DNA of 64,000 nt from Octopus vulgaris (GCA_951406725.2 OX597834.1:33232001-33296000); one strand, 5' to 3'. Shown: positions 1 to 12,325, numbered from the stretch's first letter. Notes: a model not told the origin generated them from the sequence alone. Numbers and translations: made by a program.

Positions 1-299
1 GAGAATCACTGACTATACCCTATACTCATCTTTAGGCACCATGGTTAATGTCCATTTTTGCATGTTTAAATGGGTCTTTGCAATTTGTTAAGGAATATTA
101 TTTATTACAGCCGGATGTCTTTCTTGTTTCCAAGGAAGGTAATAATGGGAAGACACAGAGGATTGGAAACAAACAACACCACTTGTATGACGGTGCAACT
201 CATTTACAACTATCTCCTGACGTCAAGGCAAAGAGACACTAACACACACACACACACTTCATAATCTATGAACGTAAAGTGAAGAAGAAATTGACTGAC

Positions 300-372
300 C
301 AAATTGTTATACTCCAGTACTTGTTTTCTTATTTTCGATGTGTCTGTCCACGTGAGAAAATCTTCCATGTTT
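300..372 (-). CDS. IMP3: IMP3 penultimate coding exon, 73 nt: (R)NMEDFLTWTDTSKIRKQVLEYNNL; the terminal exon (expected RDDFD...) lies left of the window
   Basis: Acceptor tttttcattttgtttcag, probable donor gtcagt at 299. Matches IMP3 MEDFVTWVDSSKIK..VLEYN. Confidence 0.93.
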
Positions 373-609
373 CTGAAACAAAATGAAAAAATTAATTAGT
401 TAATTAATTACTGACTGTTGCAGAAAAGAAAGTAGGGGAGAGAGAGAGAGAAAGGAAATAGGATGGCTTATGTCCTTTCAATGTTAGGGGGCTGCCAACC
501 ATTGTAAACTTAATTCCATGTAGCTATAATATCTCAAGACCATTTATATTTGAGACAATCCGTCCTACATGATGACATATCATCACCATATGAGTGTGTA
601 TGTGTATAT

Positions 610-900
610 CATGATCATTTAACGTCCGTTTTCCATGCTAGCATGGGTTGGACAGTTCAACCAGGGTCTGGGAAGCCAGGAGGCTGCACCAGGCTCCAGT
701 CTGATCTGGCAGTGTTTCTACAGCTGGATGCCAACCACTCCAACAGTGTAGTGGGTGCTTTTGCGTGCCACCAGCAGAGGGGCCAGAGGAGGCTGGCAAT
801 GGCCATGACCGGTTGGTGCTTTTTATATGCCACTGGCACGGAAGCCAGCCAAGGCAGTGCTGGCATCGGCCGCGTTCAGATGGTGCTTTTTACGTGCCAC
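610..900 (-). mobile_element. RTE-like LINE 3' end fragment with (ATG)n tail
   Basis: catttaacgtccgttttccatgctagcatgggttgg...ctggatgcc...aaccactcc. The family recurs at about 4200, 12335, 18695, 21905-22080(+), 23700-23885(+), 41190-41412(+), 53655-53980, 60000 and 61775-62100(+). Confidence 0.7.
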
Positions 901-1482
901 CATCACAGGTGTCACAACTACAATTTCCATTTGATATATATATACACACACACAAATAAATATATACATATATATAAATATCATCATCATTTAACGTCCA
1001 CTTTTCCATGCTTGCATGGGTCAGAGGAGATTCACTGAGGCAGGTTTTTCCACTGCTGGACGCCCCTGCTGTCACCAACCCTCACTTACCTCCAAGCAAA
1101 CTAAATATTTCCCCATTGCTAGACATGTTCTTTCAGGGAAAGTCTCAAAATAAACAATAACAGTGTTTGTATGACGGTGATGCTTGGTTACAACCAAGAT
1201 GCAACGTCAAGACAAAGAGACATGCACACACACGCACACACACACGATGAACTCCATAATAAAAGCAAAACACTCGTCAGTTCTACAGTACTGCCTCTGC
1301 TTGCAGCAGTGGCTTGTTCCTTCGGTGCCAATTTAAGTCTAGCTGGACTGACCTTACACTACAATTCTGTTGACACCAACGATCTCTGGGTAAGTTCCTT
1401 AGCAAACATACCTCTCACCTACTCTCTCTCTCTCTCTCTCCCTGGAGGGTATGAAGGATGGATATACATAAGTAATTCTTAC

Positions 1483-1534
1483 CTTGTTAACAGAAAAGCA
1501 GGGTCTTTGATCACTTCAGGACCAACTCTTATAT
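1483..1534 (-). CDS. IMP3: IMP3 internal exon, 52 nt: (H)IRVGPEVIKDPAFLLT(R)
   Basis: Acceptor ttttttttcttag, donor gtaaga. Matches IMP3 HVRVGP.VV.DPAFLVTR. The C|AT His codon is split across the U12 intron. Confidence 0.96.
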
Positions 1535-2146
1535 CTAAGAAAAAAAATTAAGTCAAGGAACCAACTAATTCGAAAAAGATAAGGCAGCGCTTTGACGGAC
1601 ACCACAAATGTTACAATTCCAGTAGAACCTGTTACTTGGCAGTCAGCTGTTTCAATTGAAACCAAGACCAGCAACAATTTCAAGTTAACTTTACACTGAA
1701 GCAGCCACTTGTTGCATTAAACTCACTTCAGAACAAACAGGGATCAGGTTAAAGCTAGCAAACATACATACATGCTGCCCGTGTTAAATTGAGCAGTGCT
1801 CAATTAATCCAATCTACCCAACAAACAATGTTCAAATTAACCATATGTTGAATGCAACGTTCAAGTTAACCATAGCTATCCTACTTCAAGCAGTGCTCCA
1901 GTTAAATCTATCTCACTTCAACATGTGCTCAAGTTAAACCTACAAGTTGTGCTCAAGTTAAGCTTATCCCACCACAAGCAATGCTCAAAGTTAAACCTAT
2001 CCCACTACAAACAGTTCTCAAGTTAAACTTATCCCACCACAAGCAGACATTTTAAAAGAACACGTAACTCTGCCTTATAAAACCTGTCCAGTGCCTATTC
2101 TACACCAAGCTTGTATTAAAAAGTCTCTCTCATTCCAAAAGGATAC
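1535..2146 (-). other. U12-type (minor spliceosome) GT-AG intron of IMP3, 612 nt, phase 1
   Basis: 5' splice site GTATCCTTTT (2146-2137) matches the U12 consensus. The branch sequence TTCCTTGAC (1560-1552) puts the branch A about 18 nt from the 3' end. Both boundaries are fixed independently by protein homology. Confidence 0.93.
1790..2046. repeat. Degenerate ~30-bp tandem repeat (gtgctcaagttaaacctatcccactacaagca-like) inside the U12 intron
   Basis: About 8-9 recurrences of (g)ctcaagttaa(a/g)c(c/t)tatccca; more degenerate units extend back to about 1650. Confidence 0.8.
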
Positions 2147-2226
2147 GTCCTTGTTCAACAAATTTGGTTGCAGTTTTCAGATTCTCGGCCATCTGACATC
2201 GAACCATCATCACAGGAAGGCGTCGC
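2147..2226 (-). CDS. IMP3: IMP3 internal exon, 80 nt: RRLPVMMVRCQMAENLKTATKFVEQG(H), start of the S4 domain
   Basis: Acceptor tttctttctttttctctgcag, donor GTATCCTTTT. The peptide matches the IMP3 hallmark RRRLP...MA..L..A..FVEQGH. Confidence 0.96.
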
Positions 2227-2534
2227 CTGCAGAGAAAAAGAAAGAAATATGGTAAAATATATAAGGAAACAAACAATATTAGACTGTGCCACACTTTTAT
2301 TTACTTTTGGTTCCCTCCCAATCTAAGCCAAAAATCAATGTCTGGAAGATGCATACCTTTGATGCAAGTCGAAGTGCCACTTCAATGTTTAAAATTGCAA
2401 ACATCACATAAATTCCAACTTTGTGTAAACTGGTGTTGCAGGGCAGAGTTGGTACCGAAACAATTGTAACAAATCATTAAAGATGTAAAGAATTTCTCTG
2501 TCTTATTATTTTTATTTGGATAATATATACAATC

Positions 2535-2850
2535 AGTGGTTAGAGCATTGGCTCATGATCATGAGGTAGTGAGTTTGATTCCCTGACCAGGCTGTGTGTT
2601 GTGTTCTTGAGCAAGACACTTTATTTCATGTTACTCCAGTTCACTGAGGTGTAGAAATGAGTTGCAACATCTCTGGTGCCAAGTTGGATCATCCCCTTTG
2701 CCTTTCACTTGGATAACATCGGTGGTATGGAGAGGGAGACTGGTATGCATGGCTGACTGTTGGTCTTCTATAAACAACCTTGCCCAGATTTGTGCTTCGG
2801 AGGGGAACTTAACGGTGCAATCCCATAGTCATTTAGGACCAAAAGGGGGC
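2535..2850 (+). mobile_element. tRNA-derived SINE, family C (core tgtgttcttgagcaagacactttatttcac...ccactcagctg)
   Basis: A-box/B-box-like head (gtggttagagc...gagtttgattccc). Related copies at 3870-4170, 18070-18370 and 48630-48900. Confidence 0.7.
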
Positions 2851-3179
2851 CTATATATATATATATATATATATAATGCTAAATTGAGGTTATTATTTTA
2901 AAGCAAGAATAACAACAATTTATACAGATGGGAAAGCACTCAATACACAAAGCAGAGTCAAATTTTATGTAAACATTCAAAGTGAGAGATGATTAAACCA
3001 TCTTCCAGGCTGAACCATCTTCCAGGCAAAACTTAAAGCCCCACCTCAGGATCAATTTTACAATGCGCACATGCATGTGTGCTTACAACAGTGAAAAAAC
3101 CAAAACACAGAGTTGTTGTTGTTGATGTTGCAACCTTCTGAGTCTTACAACTGAGTAGTTTACCAAAACAAGTGCCAGG

Positions 3180-3572
3180 CATAGCATTCAGATTTCTCTG
3201 TCAAATGTAATGCTTATTTATCCACAGTATTTTGACTTAATCCTGCATAATGTCAAAGCTACAAGATTTCAATGGTTTGATTGTTTGTTTTTAGAATGAC
3301 ATTGTAGGGCTGGTGTGAGAGGCTGGATTTGGCCAGTTTGAACATGAGACAGGTAGGTTATTTCAGTGAGATATGGCTGGTTTAACTCCTTAGCATAATG
3401 CTTATTTATTCACCTTGCTCTGAATAAATCATGCATTATTTTGTGGCTTTGAGATTTCAATTAAGCCATAGTTTATTTTTAGAATGACATTGTAGGGTAG
3501 GTGTGAGAAGCCAGATCTGGCCAGTTTGAACATTACAGCCAGATGTGGCCAGTTTACATGCTAAAGAGTTAA
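3180..3572. mobile_element. Two tandem TTAA-type (piggyBac-like) MITEs, family 2 (ttaaccctttagcatt...aatgctaaagggttaa consensus ends)
   Basis: Ends ttaactccttagcat and atgctaaagagttaa. Related copies at about 4425-4558, 36688-36892 and 43140-43350. Confidence 0.6.
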
Positions 3573-4648
3573 ACAAGTAGCCAGAACCACTGCCAACATA
3601 ATCAACCACCATATTTGATAGCATTTAAGTTGCACTCCAACTTCAGCAACACATATTCAGAAGAAGAAAAAAAAAGAGTTTTTAGGGCACTAAAATTTAT
3701 GGCAGGTCAGACTTTGCATATAGGATTCGGGGTGAATTTTTGAGATGTTTTTTGGGTGGGGGGAAAAGTGCATCTTTTACACCATCAAATGTAATAAATG
3801 TCTAAACTCTTCAGCAGTCAGATTACTCGTTCAAATGTGATGCTTACTGGTTCACGTTCAGTAAAGATATGTAGCTTAGTGATTTGGGTATTCCGTTCAA
3901 AATCTTGTGATCATGAGTTCAATTCCCAGTTGTGTGTTGTGTCCTTGAGCAAGATACTTTATTTCACATTGCTCCAGTCCACTCAGCTGGCAAAAATGAG
4001 TTGTACCTGTATTTCAAAGGGCCAGCCTTGTCACACTCTGTCACACTGAGTCTCCCTGGGGGTAATACCATGTCAGTGGAGTGCTCAGCCACTTACACAT
4101 TAATTTCACGTGCAGGCTGTTGATTGGACCAATTGGAATCCTCATCGTTGTGACCGACAGAGTGCCCAAACTCCTGAATATTCACATTCAGTATCCCCAT
4201 TTAACATCCATCTTTCATGGCTTGGATGGTTTGACATGGGCTGGCAAGCCAGGGAGCTGCACTGAGCCTCAATTCTCTGTTTTGGATTTCTATGGCTACA
4301 TCTCTTTCCTAATGTCATCCACTTTACACGGGTGCTTTGTGTTATGCACTGGCACAACTGGTCCTTTATGTGGCGCTAGCACACTGTCCTGATATAACCA
4401 AGATTTATCTCATAGCTTTGAGATTTCGATGACGTAACTGCTTATTTTTAGAATAACATTGTAAGGTAAGTGTGAGAGGCTGGATCTGGACGTTTCTGGC
4501 AATAAAACAAAGTAGAGTGTTTGGGCCTGTTAGGGTCAGTTGAAATGCCAAAGGGTCAAAGGGAAGTGCTCGAGCATGGTTACAGTCCAATTAATGAAAG
4601 CAGTAAATGTTATAATTAAATGATGCTATAAAATCCCTCGTTACTTAC

Positions 4649-4723
4649 CTGCAGAATGATGAGGCAGATACTTTGTTGGCCAATTCCAGGGAGAGTTTAG
4701 ATGAGATGAAACCAAGACAATAT
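4649..4723 (-). CDS. IMP3: IMP3 (U3 snoRNP protein) internal exon, 75 nt, phase 2/2: (L)YCLGFISSKLSLELANKVSASSFC(R)
   Basis: Minus strand reads ttttgtgttacctttcag|ATATTGT...TTCTGCAG|gtaagt. The translation matches the IMP3 segment LYxLG...SLEL..V.ASSFCRRRLP, recalled from human IMP3. It splices in frame to the next exon. Confidence 0.95.
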
Positions 4724-4904
4724 CTGAAAGGTAACACAAAAGAATAAACAGGGAGAAAAATCATCAAAACTGATCAACAATGAAAAGGGATATATAGTCA
4801 CTATACACCCACACATACATACATACATTATATACATGTACACATACTGTACACACATTAATCATACACATATTTTATTTCAAAATAATAATAATGCATT
4901 CTAC

Positions 4905-5096
4905 CTCAAATTTGGGGGAAGGGATTAAGTCGGTTACATCGACACCAGTGCGTAACTGGTACTTATTTAATCGACCCTGAAAGGATGAAAGGCAAAGTCA
5001 ACCTCGGTGGAATTTGAACTCAGAACGTAGCAGCAGACGAAATACTGCTAAGCTTTTCGTCCAGCATGCTAACGATTCTGCCAGCTCACTGCCTTA
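4905..5096 (-). mobile_element. tRNA-derived SINE, family B (Nin-like core gcctttcatcctttcggggtcgat...aagtacc)
   Basis: Reverse complement of the family B consensus seen at 32106-32340; abuts an (AAT)n tract. Confidence 0.75.
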
Positions 5097-5097
5097 A

Positions 5098-5145
<48 letters not shown>

Positions 5146-5530
5146 GAGCATTCAGAGAGTGTAAACCTCCACCAAGGCAACACCAACATCCTCTCAATGA
5201 TTAGCTGGAGATGATTTTTAAAATGGGAAAATCTGAAAAAAAACTCAACTGCTCTCACAAATGAGAATGCTAAAAATGAACCCAACTGCTCTCAAAAATT
5301 GAGTAAAAAAACAGGAAAAATAATCGAGAATCCTTTTCTGGTACCGCATCGTGTGATAAACAGGACAGGTAAAAAGTTAAAGGAGTCTTTTTTTTTTAAG
5401 ACTTCTCAATCTACTAGAAATAACAACCAAATGTCATCCTATTGTTGGAGTAATGCAAGAACATTGGATAATGTACCCTTAAATACACTAACTTTCAGCG
5501 AAGGAAAGCAGTGGGGGTCATAAGGCCTGT

Positions 5531-5750
5531 TAAGGTGGCAAGCTAGTAGAATCATGAACTTGCCGGACAAAATGCTAAGAAGCATTTTTTGTCTGGCTTT
5601 ACGATTCAAGTTCAAATTCCAATGAGGCTAACTTTCCACCTTTCATCCCTTCAAAGTCAATGAAATAAGTACCAGTTATGTACTGGGGTTGATGTAATCA
5701 ACTAGCCTCCTCCCCACAAAAAATTTCCGGCCTTGTGCCTATAGCTGAGG
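5531..5750 (+). mobile_element. SINE family B copy (diverged)
   Basis: aaggtggcaagctagtagaatc...gttcaaattcc...ctttcatcccttcaaagtcaatgaaataagtacc. Confidence 0.7.
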
Positions 5751-5952
5751 GGATTATAAAGCCTGCTGGATAATGGTTGATTTGGGGGCTAAACAACAAG
5801 CAAATGCCCACACCAACATCACAACCAACAACACCACAAACTCTCAAGGGAACCTCTGGAACATGGTGCCACTAAGTACTAGAAATAGCAGCTAAAAACA
5901 CCTTAAAATTTTGGTGGGGAGAAAAAAGGAAGGCCACATTGTATAATATGTG

Positions 5953-6177
5953 TTTCTTTATTGCCCACAAGGGGCTAAACATAGAGGGGACAAACAAGGA
6001 CAGACAAACGGATTAAGTCGATTACATCGACCCCAGTGCTTAACTGATACTTAATTTATCGACCCCGAAAGGATGAAAGGCAAAATCGACCTCGGCGGAA
6101 TTTGAACTCAGAACGCAACGACAGATGCAATACCACTAAGCATTTCGCCCGGTGTGCTCACGTTTCTGCCAGCTCGC
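5953..6177 (-). mobile_element. SINE family B, near full-length young copy
   Basis: Highly similar to the reverse complement of 32106-32340 and 50969-51199. Confidence 0.8.
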
Positions 6178-8296
6178 ACATTGTATAATATGATTTTATA
6201 ATATCCTGAGAAAAACAATGAGGGAGCGGATAAGATCACAGATGGAATGCATCTGATCACAAAGGGCTACTTAATCAAGAATGACATCAAGTTAAGTAAT
6301 AACAAGGACTATGATGATGACACCAGCACACAGTATAAAGGGATTAAAGAACTGGGTCCACAAGCAGCAGGCAACCCTGATAAAAACAACAACATCTTTT
6401 AATCACACCCTGTCATCTTCAAAAAAAAAAGAGAAAGGAAAAAAAAGGAGATATGGGGAGGGGGGACAAAGTGCACATTCAATAAGATAGTCTTAGGTGT
6501 ACTTATGTGTCCATGAATAAGATAGGATGGGCATGGTGGGAACATCTTTTGATGTTAGAATCTGCCTAATTGATCATGGTTGAAGTGAGTGGGACGAAAA
6601 CCCTACACCCGTCGCCAGCCAGCCCCACACCGAAACCACGACCATCACTGTAGACCAATACCACCACCATCTTCATAACTGCTTATATCACAAGCACCTT
6701 CCCCCTCCCCTCCACTATATCGTCACCACTTCCAGCAACAACAACAACAGCAACAATAATAAGTATAAAGGAGGATGAAAAGGAGGATGAAAAGGAGGGA
6801 GACGTGGGGAGGGGGGGCGGATCATCATCTTCCTCTCACAACAAAGTTATATGGGATGGTTACAGATGGAAGGAATGAGGTTGAAATTTGATCCCACAAA
6901 TATCCAGGGCAACGGAGAAGGGGGAGAGGGGACAAAATGGTGGCGGTGAGAGGAAGTGGGGTTATGGTAAAAGTGGTGGTGGTGGTGGTCGTCGTCGTCA
7001 TCATCGTCATAGTAATAATAGGAGTGGGCTACCTGCAATGATTTTGGTGTGATGGTCATGGTTAGAAGGTATTGATGGTGGTGGCAGTGATGATGATGAT
7101 GATAGTGATGATGGCAAGTTGTAAGTGATGGTGATGATGATAACTGTTGTGGTTGCCATGAGCAATGGTGGGTGGTGATGTCAGCAGTGATGGTGATGAG
7201 GAGGAAGATGAGGAGGAGGAGGAGGGTAATAATAGCAGTAGTATAGGGATGATGGTGACAGTTGTAGTGGTGGTGGTGGTGGTGGTTGTGACGATGATGA
7301 TGATGATGATGTGTGACATTCACAGACAGACTGACAGTAGAGCTCAGAATCACCACCACCACCACCACCAGAACCACTGCCACTGCTGCAGAAGATAAAG
7401 TGGGATGATGTAGAGAAAGAGGGAGTGAGGAAAGGGATAGGCAGAGCTACAAGTACTGCCACCAGATGTCACCAGTGTAGGGGATGCTGATAGCAGAGCC
7501 GGTAAGCAGAAGAGGAGAGAGAGAGAGAAAGGATGTGGGGGGGGGGGGTATGTGGGACAGTCCAGGGGTTCGGGTGGGGCAGATTAGGGTGGGGAGATCA
7601 GAAGTCTCAAGTGACATTACTGATGATGATGGTGGTGATGATGATGATGCTAACCAAGGTGATGGTGATGCAACAGTTAAAATACTGGGAGGAGGACACT
7701 CGAATTCCTCTGCGCGTGTGTGTGTGTGTGTGAGTGTGTGTGCGTGCATGCATGCGTGTGTGTGTGCGTGCGTGTGGGTGTGCCTACATGCATGATGCCA
7801 AGGGGGAGTGGCTCACAAAAATACATCAATCTACTCACAACCCACCAATACGCGGGAGAAACCAAACCAGGTTACCCTTAAACTACCCTGCGGAGTTCTA
7901 TCTCACCCCAAGTTGTTGTTGTTGTTGTTGCTTAGCTAACCCCCACATCCCTCGGTCAACTCTGATTAATTGGACCCTCTTCATCCAAACCACATTCCAC
8001 ACATTATCCAGCCCCAAGTGACACTGGAGCCGTAGATTATACATCATGATAGATTCTGCTGACAAATTTCTGTTGAAATACTTAATTTTGAAAATCCTGA
8101 AGAATCAAGGAAAATTACTTTGTCATTATTTGGTTGATGTCTGGAACAATTTTATCATGAAGTTTGATGGAAGTTTTAACCTAAATCGTTTCAATCCTTT
8201 TGTTACTATATTTCTGTTGAAGAATACTGCCTTGGCTTCAATTAATTTTGAAAATAATGAGAAATTAAGGAAAACAATTTTGTTGTTATACTTTTA

Positions 8297-8506
8297 CCCT
8301 TTTGATACCAACCTGCCTGGTTCTGTAGTACAAATGTCTCATTTTCTTAAGTTCTGAATTAAAATCTTCCACCAAACCATAGCCACAATTTATGTTCCTA
8401 ACACTAGCTTAATGATAACTAAATTATTTTACCAAATTCTTTGTTATGTTTAAAATTAATTGAAAGAAACAAAGAGCATCTCCACAGATATATAGTAACA
8501 AAAGGG
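8297..8506 (+). mobile_element. piggyBac-like MITE, family 1
   Basis: Terminal inverted repeats (TIRs) CCCTTTTGATACC ... GTAACAAAAGGG, followed by TTAA (8507-8510). Tandem near-duplicate of 8538-8757. Confidence 0.75.
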
Positions 8507-8537
8507 TTAAAATATATAATAGAGAAACAATTCTTAA

Positions 8538-8757
8538 CCCTTTTGATATCAACTTGGCTGAAACCGCTTCTGGCTTTGTAGTACAAATGTCTTGTTTTTC
8601 ATAAGTTTTTAATTAAAATCTTCCACCAAATCTTTGTCACAATTTATCTTCCTAACACTAGCTTAATGATAAAGTTATTTTACTAAATTCTTTGTTATGT
8701 TTAAAATTAATTGAAAGAAACACAGAACATCTCAACAGAAATATGGTAACAAAAGGG
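8538..8757 (+). mobile_element. piggyBac-like MITE, family 1, with an intact TTAA target-site duplication
   Basis: TTAA (8534-8537) CCCTTTTGATATC ... GGTAACAAAAGGG TTAA (8758-8761). A TTAA duplication plus CCCT...AGGG ends is the established piggyBac signature. Confidence 0.8.
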
Positions 8758-8930
8758 TTAACATAAGATTTTGATGGGAGTTTTTTAATTTAGATCACTT
8801 TAACCATCTTTGTTTCAATTAATTTTGGAAATAATTAAAGATTTCATAAAACAATTTCGTCGTTATTAATCTGGTATTTGGAACATGAATTAACATGAAA
8901 TTTTGATGGAAGGTTTTAATTTAGACCATT

Positions 8931-9145
8931 TTAACCCTTTTGTTACCATATCTCTGGTGAAAAACAGTAATTCTGTTTCAGTTAATTTTGGCAATACTGA
9001 AGAATTTGGTAAAATAATTGTCATTATTAAGCATAATTTTGATATGAAGTTTCAATGGCAGGATTTTAACTTAGATCCATTTAAAACAGGAAGCTTGTAC
9101 AAGGACCAAGGGTGGTCTCGGGCAGGTTGGTGCCAAAAGTGTTAA
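8931..9145 (-). mobile_element. piggyBac-like MITE related to family 1, opposite orientation
   Basis: ttaacccttttgttacc ... gtgccaaaagtgttaa. Further copies at about 8190-8285, 31750-31950, 35835-35926 and 54388-54570. Confidence 0.65.
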
Positions 9146-10992
9146 GGGAGATTTAGCTGCTTATTGTAGCATATCAAGCTACCACATAGAATGTGTCTTG
9201 CCAGCATATTTGTTTGTATCAGACGTTCTGTTTATCTTGCAGAATTACTCCCGAGGGAGAAAAAAAAAAGATAGTAAACAAAATTTCATTTGCATCATCA
9301 TCATCACCTAATGTGTTATAGTGATCAAGGGCTAACGACTTCATGAATTTACAAGATATGGGAGCAGGGCTAATAATTTTATCGTCTCAGAAATACCAAT
9401 ATTGTGGCAGGTGTAACTCACTTTCAGTTGAGTGGCCTGTAGGAGCAATGTGAAATGAAGTGCCTTGCCTAAGGGTTAACCTGGCCTGACACTTGAACCC
9501 TAGACTTTACAATCATCAGCCCAAAAGTCTGACCACTGGTCTTCCTGCCTCTGTGTCCACCTAGCTGTTAACAGGTCCCACCATGCAAGAACAGCACTCT
9601 AAATCTGCTGTGTGTCTCATTAGACAATAATGGTGTTATGGTATGTCTTAAAAGACAAAGGCAGGGAGATGGGGTCTTGCAAGGAACCTACCCATGTGGT
9701 CACTCAAACTACCAGAAATAGCAGCTTGTTCTTCATCAAATCACCCTCTAATGTCTTGGCAAAGAAAATAACATTGAATAACATATTTCAACAGGATGGT
9801 CATGGAAGGAAGAATACCTTTGACCACAGGTTTGCTAAATCAGGACCAAAGGGGACTTAACTACAATGAAAGCCTCTAGTTATGGACTACATTAAAACCA
9901 GGTATTTAATAGCAACCCAATCTGTAAGGAGGGCTCATTTCATGTCCTCTTATGTTCCCTGTGTAATTTGACCTGGGTAATTTGAAAGGTTTTCAAAAAC
10001 TGTGCAGACAAGGGTCACAAAGAAAGGTTTTCAAAAACTGTGCAGACATCGTGCAGACACAGCCATGAAGTCGGGAGGTTAGCTTTGCAATCACACAATT
10101 CAATAAAGCAACATTAACAGGCAACAATTACACACACATAGCAAACCCCAACCCAAATACTGAATGAATAAGGACCCAGAATTGATCTCATCATGCCTCC
10201 ACATGCAGAAGTCCCTAATTAAAAATGTTATTGCGATCCCAATAAAAATATCATGAAATCTCAATGGAACATTTATTCCACCCCCACTTTTCATCTCTGT
10301 CTGTAATTTATTTTTTTATAATTTTGTTTCCCTTGCAAATAGCATTTCACACCTAATTAGTAATAAGTCAATTAGTGTGATCATATTCTTCTGATAAACT
10401 GATAAACAGCTACATTGAGATTTTCAAATTCTCCAGATGAAGAAACTTTAAATTCCCATTTGAACAACCATTTCCTCTCCACTTCTATTTCCCTTTACTT
10501 TTCAAAATTTGTCCCATGCGTTTAATTGGTAATAAAGATTAAATCACTAAATTAATTAATAATAATTAGTAATAAAGTTAAATTGCACCCCTTCCTTCCA
10601 ATGTGTGTTATGCTTAGCAACCAACTGCTTTCAGAGCAAAAAAAAAAACGCACATAACTTGAGATATGTATACATTTACATCAGACGGATTGCATAATCT
10701 ATTAGTAGACCAAGAAAAAGACAGGATGGTCATAACTGGAACAGCTTTCGTCATAGCTCTGCTGAATCATGGTTGATCTTGGGTTAAACAGTAACAATAA
10801 TAACAGAGGCAGTAAGTGCGTGTGGTTTGTGTGTGAACTCTGTGACTTACACAACTGTAGACTCTAACTAAATGAAATGGAGACATTATAATACAAGACT
10901 TCTTCACAGTTTCCTCTCTCGATATACAAGAATCCACATGGAGCTTTATAAGCTGGTCATTTGACATCCAATTTAAATCTAATATGTATATA

Positions 10993-11157
10993 GGTGGTGC
11001 AAGCGTGGCTGAGTGGTAAGAAGCTTGCTTCCCAACCATACAGTTCTGGGTTCAGTCCCACTGCATGACACCTTGGGCAAGTGTCTCCTACTATAGCCCC
11101 AGGCCAACCAAAATTTTGTGAGTGGATTCGGTAGATGGAAACTGAAAGAAGCCCATC

Positions 11158-11227
<70 letters not shown>

Positions 11228-11450
11228 GTTTGTGTGTATTTGTGTGTCTGTATCCCTCCACGCTTGACAACCAATGTTGGTGTGTTTATATCCCCTGTAA
11301 CTTAGTGGTTTGGCAAAAGAGGCTGACAGAATAAGTACTGGGCTTACAAATAAAAATCCTGGGGGGTTGATTTGTTTGACTAAAACCCCTTAAGGTGGCG
11401 CTACAGCATGGCTACATTCAAATGACTGAAACAAGTAAAAGAATAAAAGA
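10993..11450 (+). mobile_element. tRNA-derived SINE, family A, with an expanded internal (AT)n
   Basis: gtggctgagtggtaagaagcttgcttcccaacc...ggttcagtcccactg...ccttgggcaagtgtc...aaatgactgaaacaagtaaaag. Confidence 0.8.
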
Positions 11451-11467
11451 ACATGTGTACGTACACG

Positions 11468-11503
<36 letters not shown>

Positions 11504-11649
11504 CACTCAGAGAGGATGTAAAGCTCATCAACTTTCCCACTCCCCAAGGCAAGTCCACAGAACTCTTTTTGTCAACTTATCAACTTCACTAAATAAAATA
11601 AGTCTCGACAATGCAGACCAACATCATACATTTTGGAGTCAGTTTGATG

Positions 11650-12325
<676 letters not shown>

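Noticed and set aside
550-1038. 162-aa ORF and other SINE/LINE-derived ORFs (for example 15433-15870 and 53644-54111)
   Set aside because: They overlap multicopy repeat consensus sequence; the same peptides recur at each copy.
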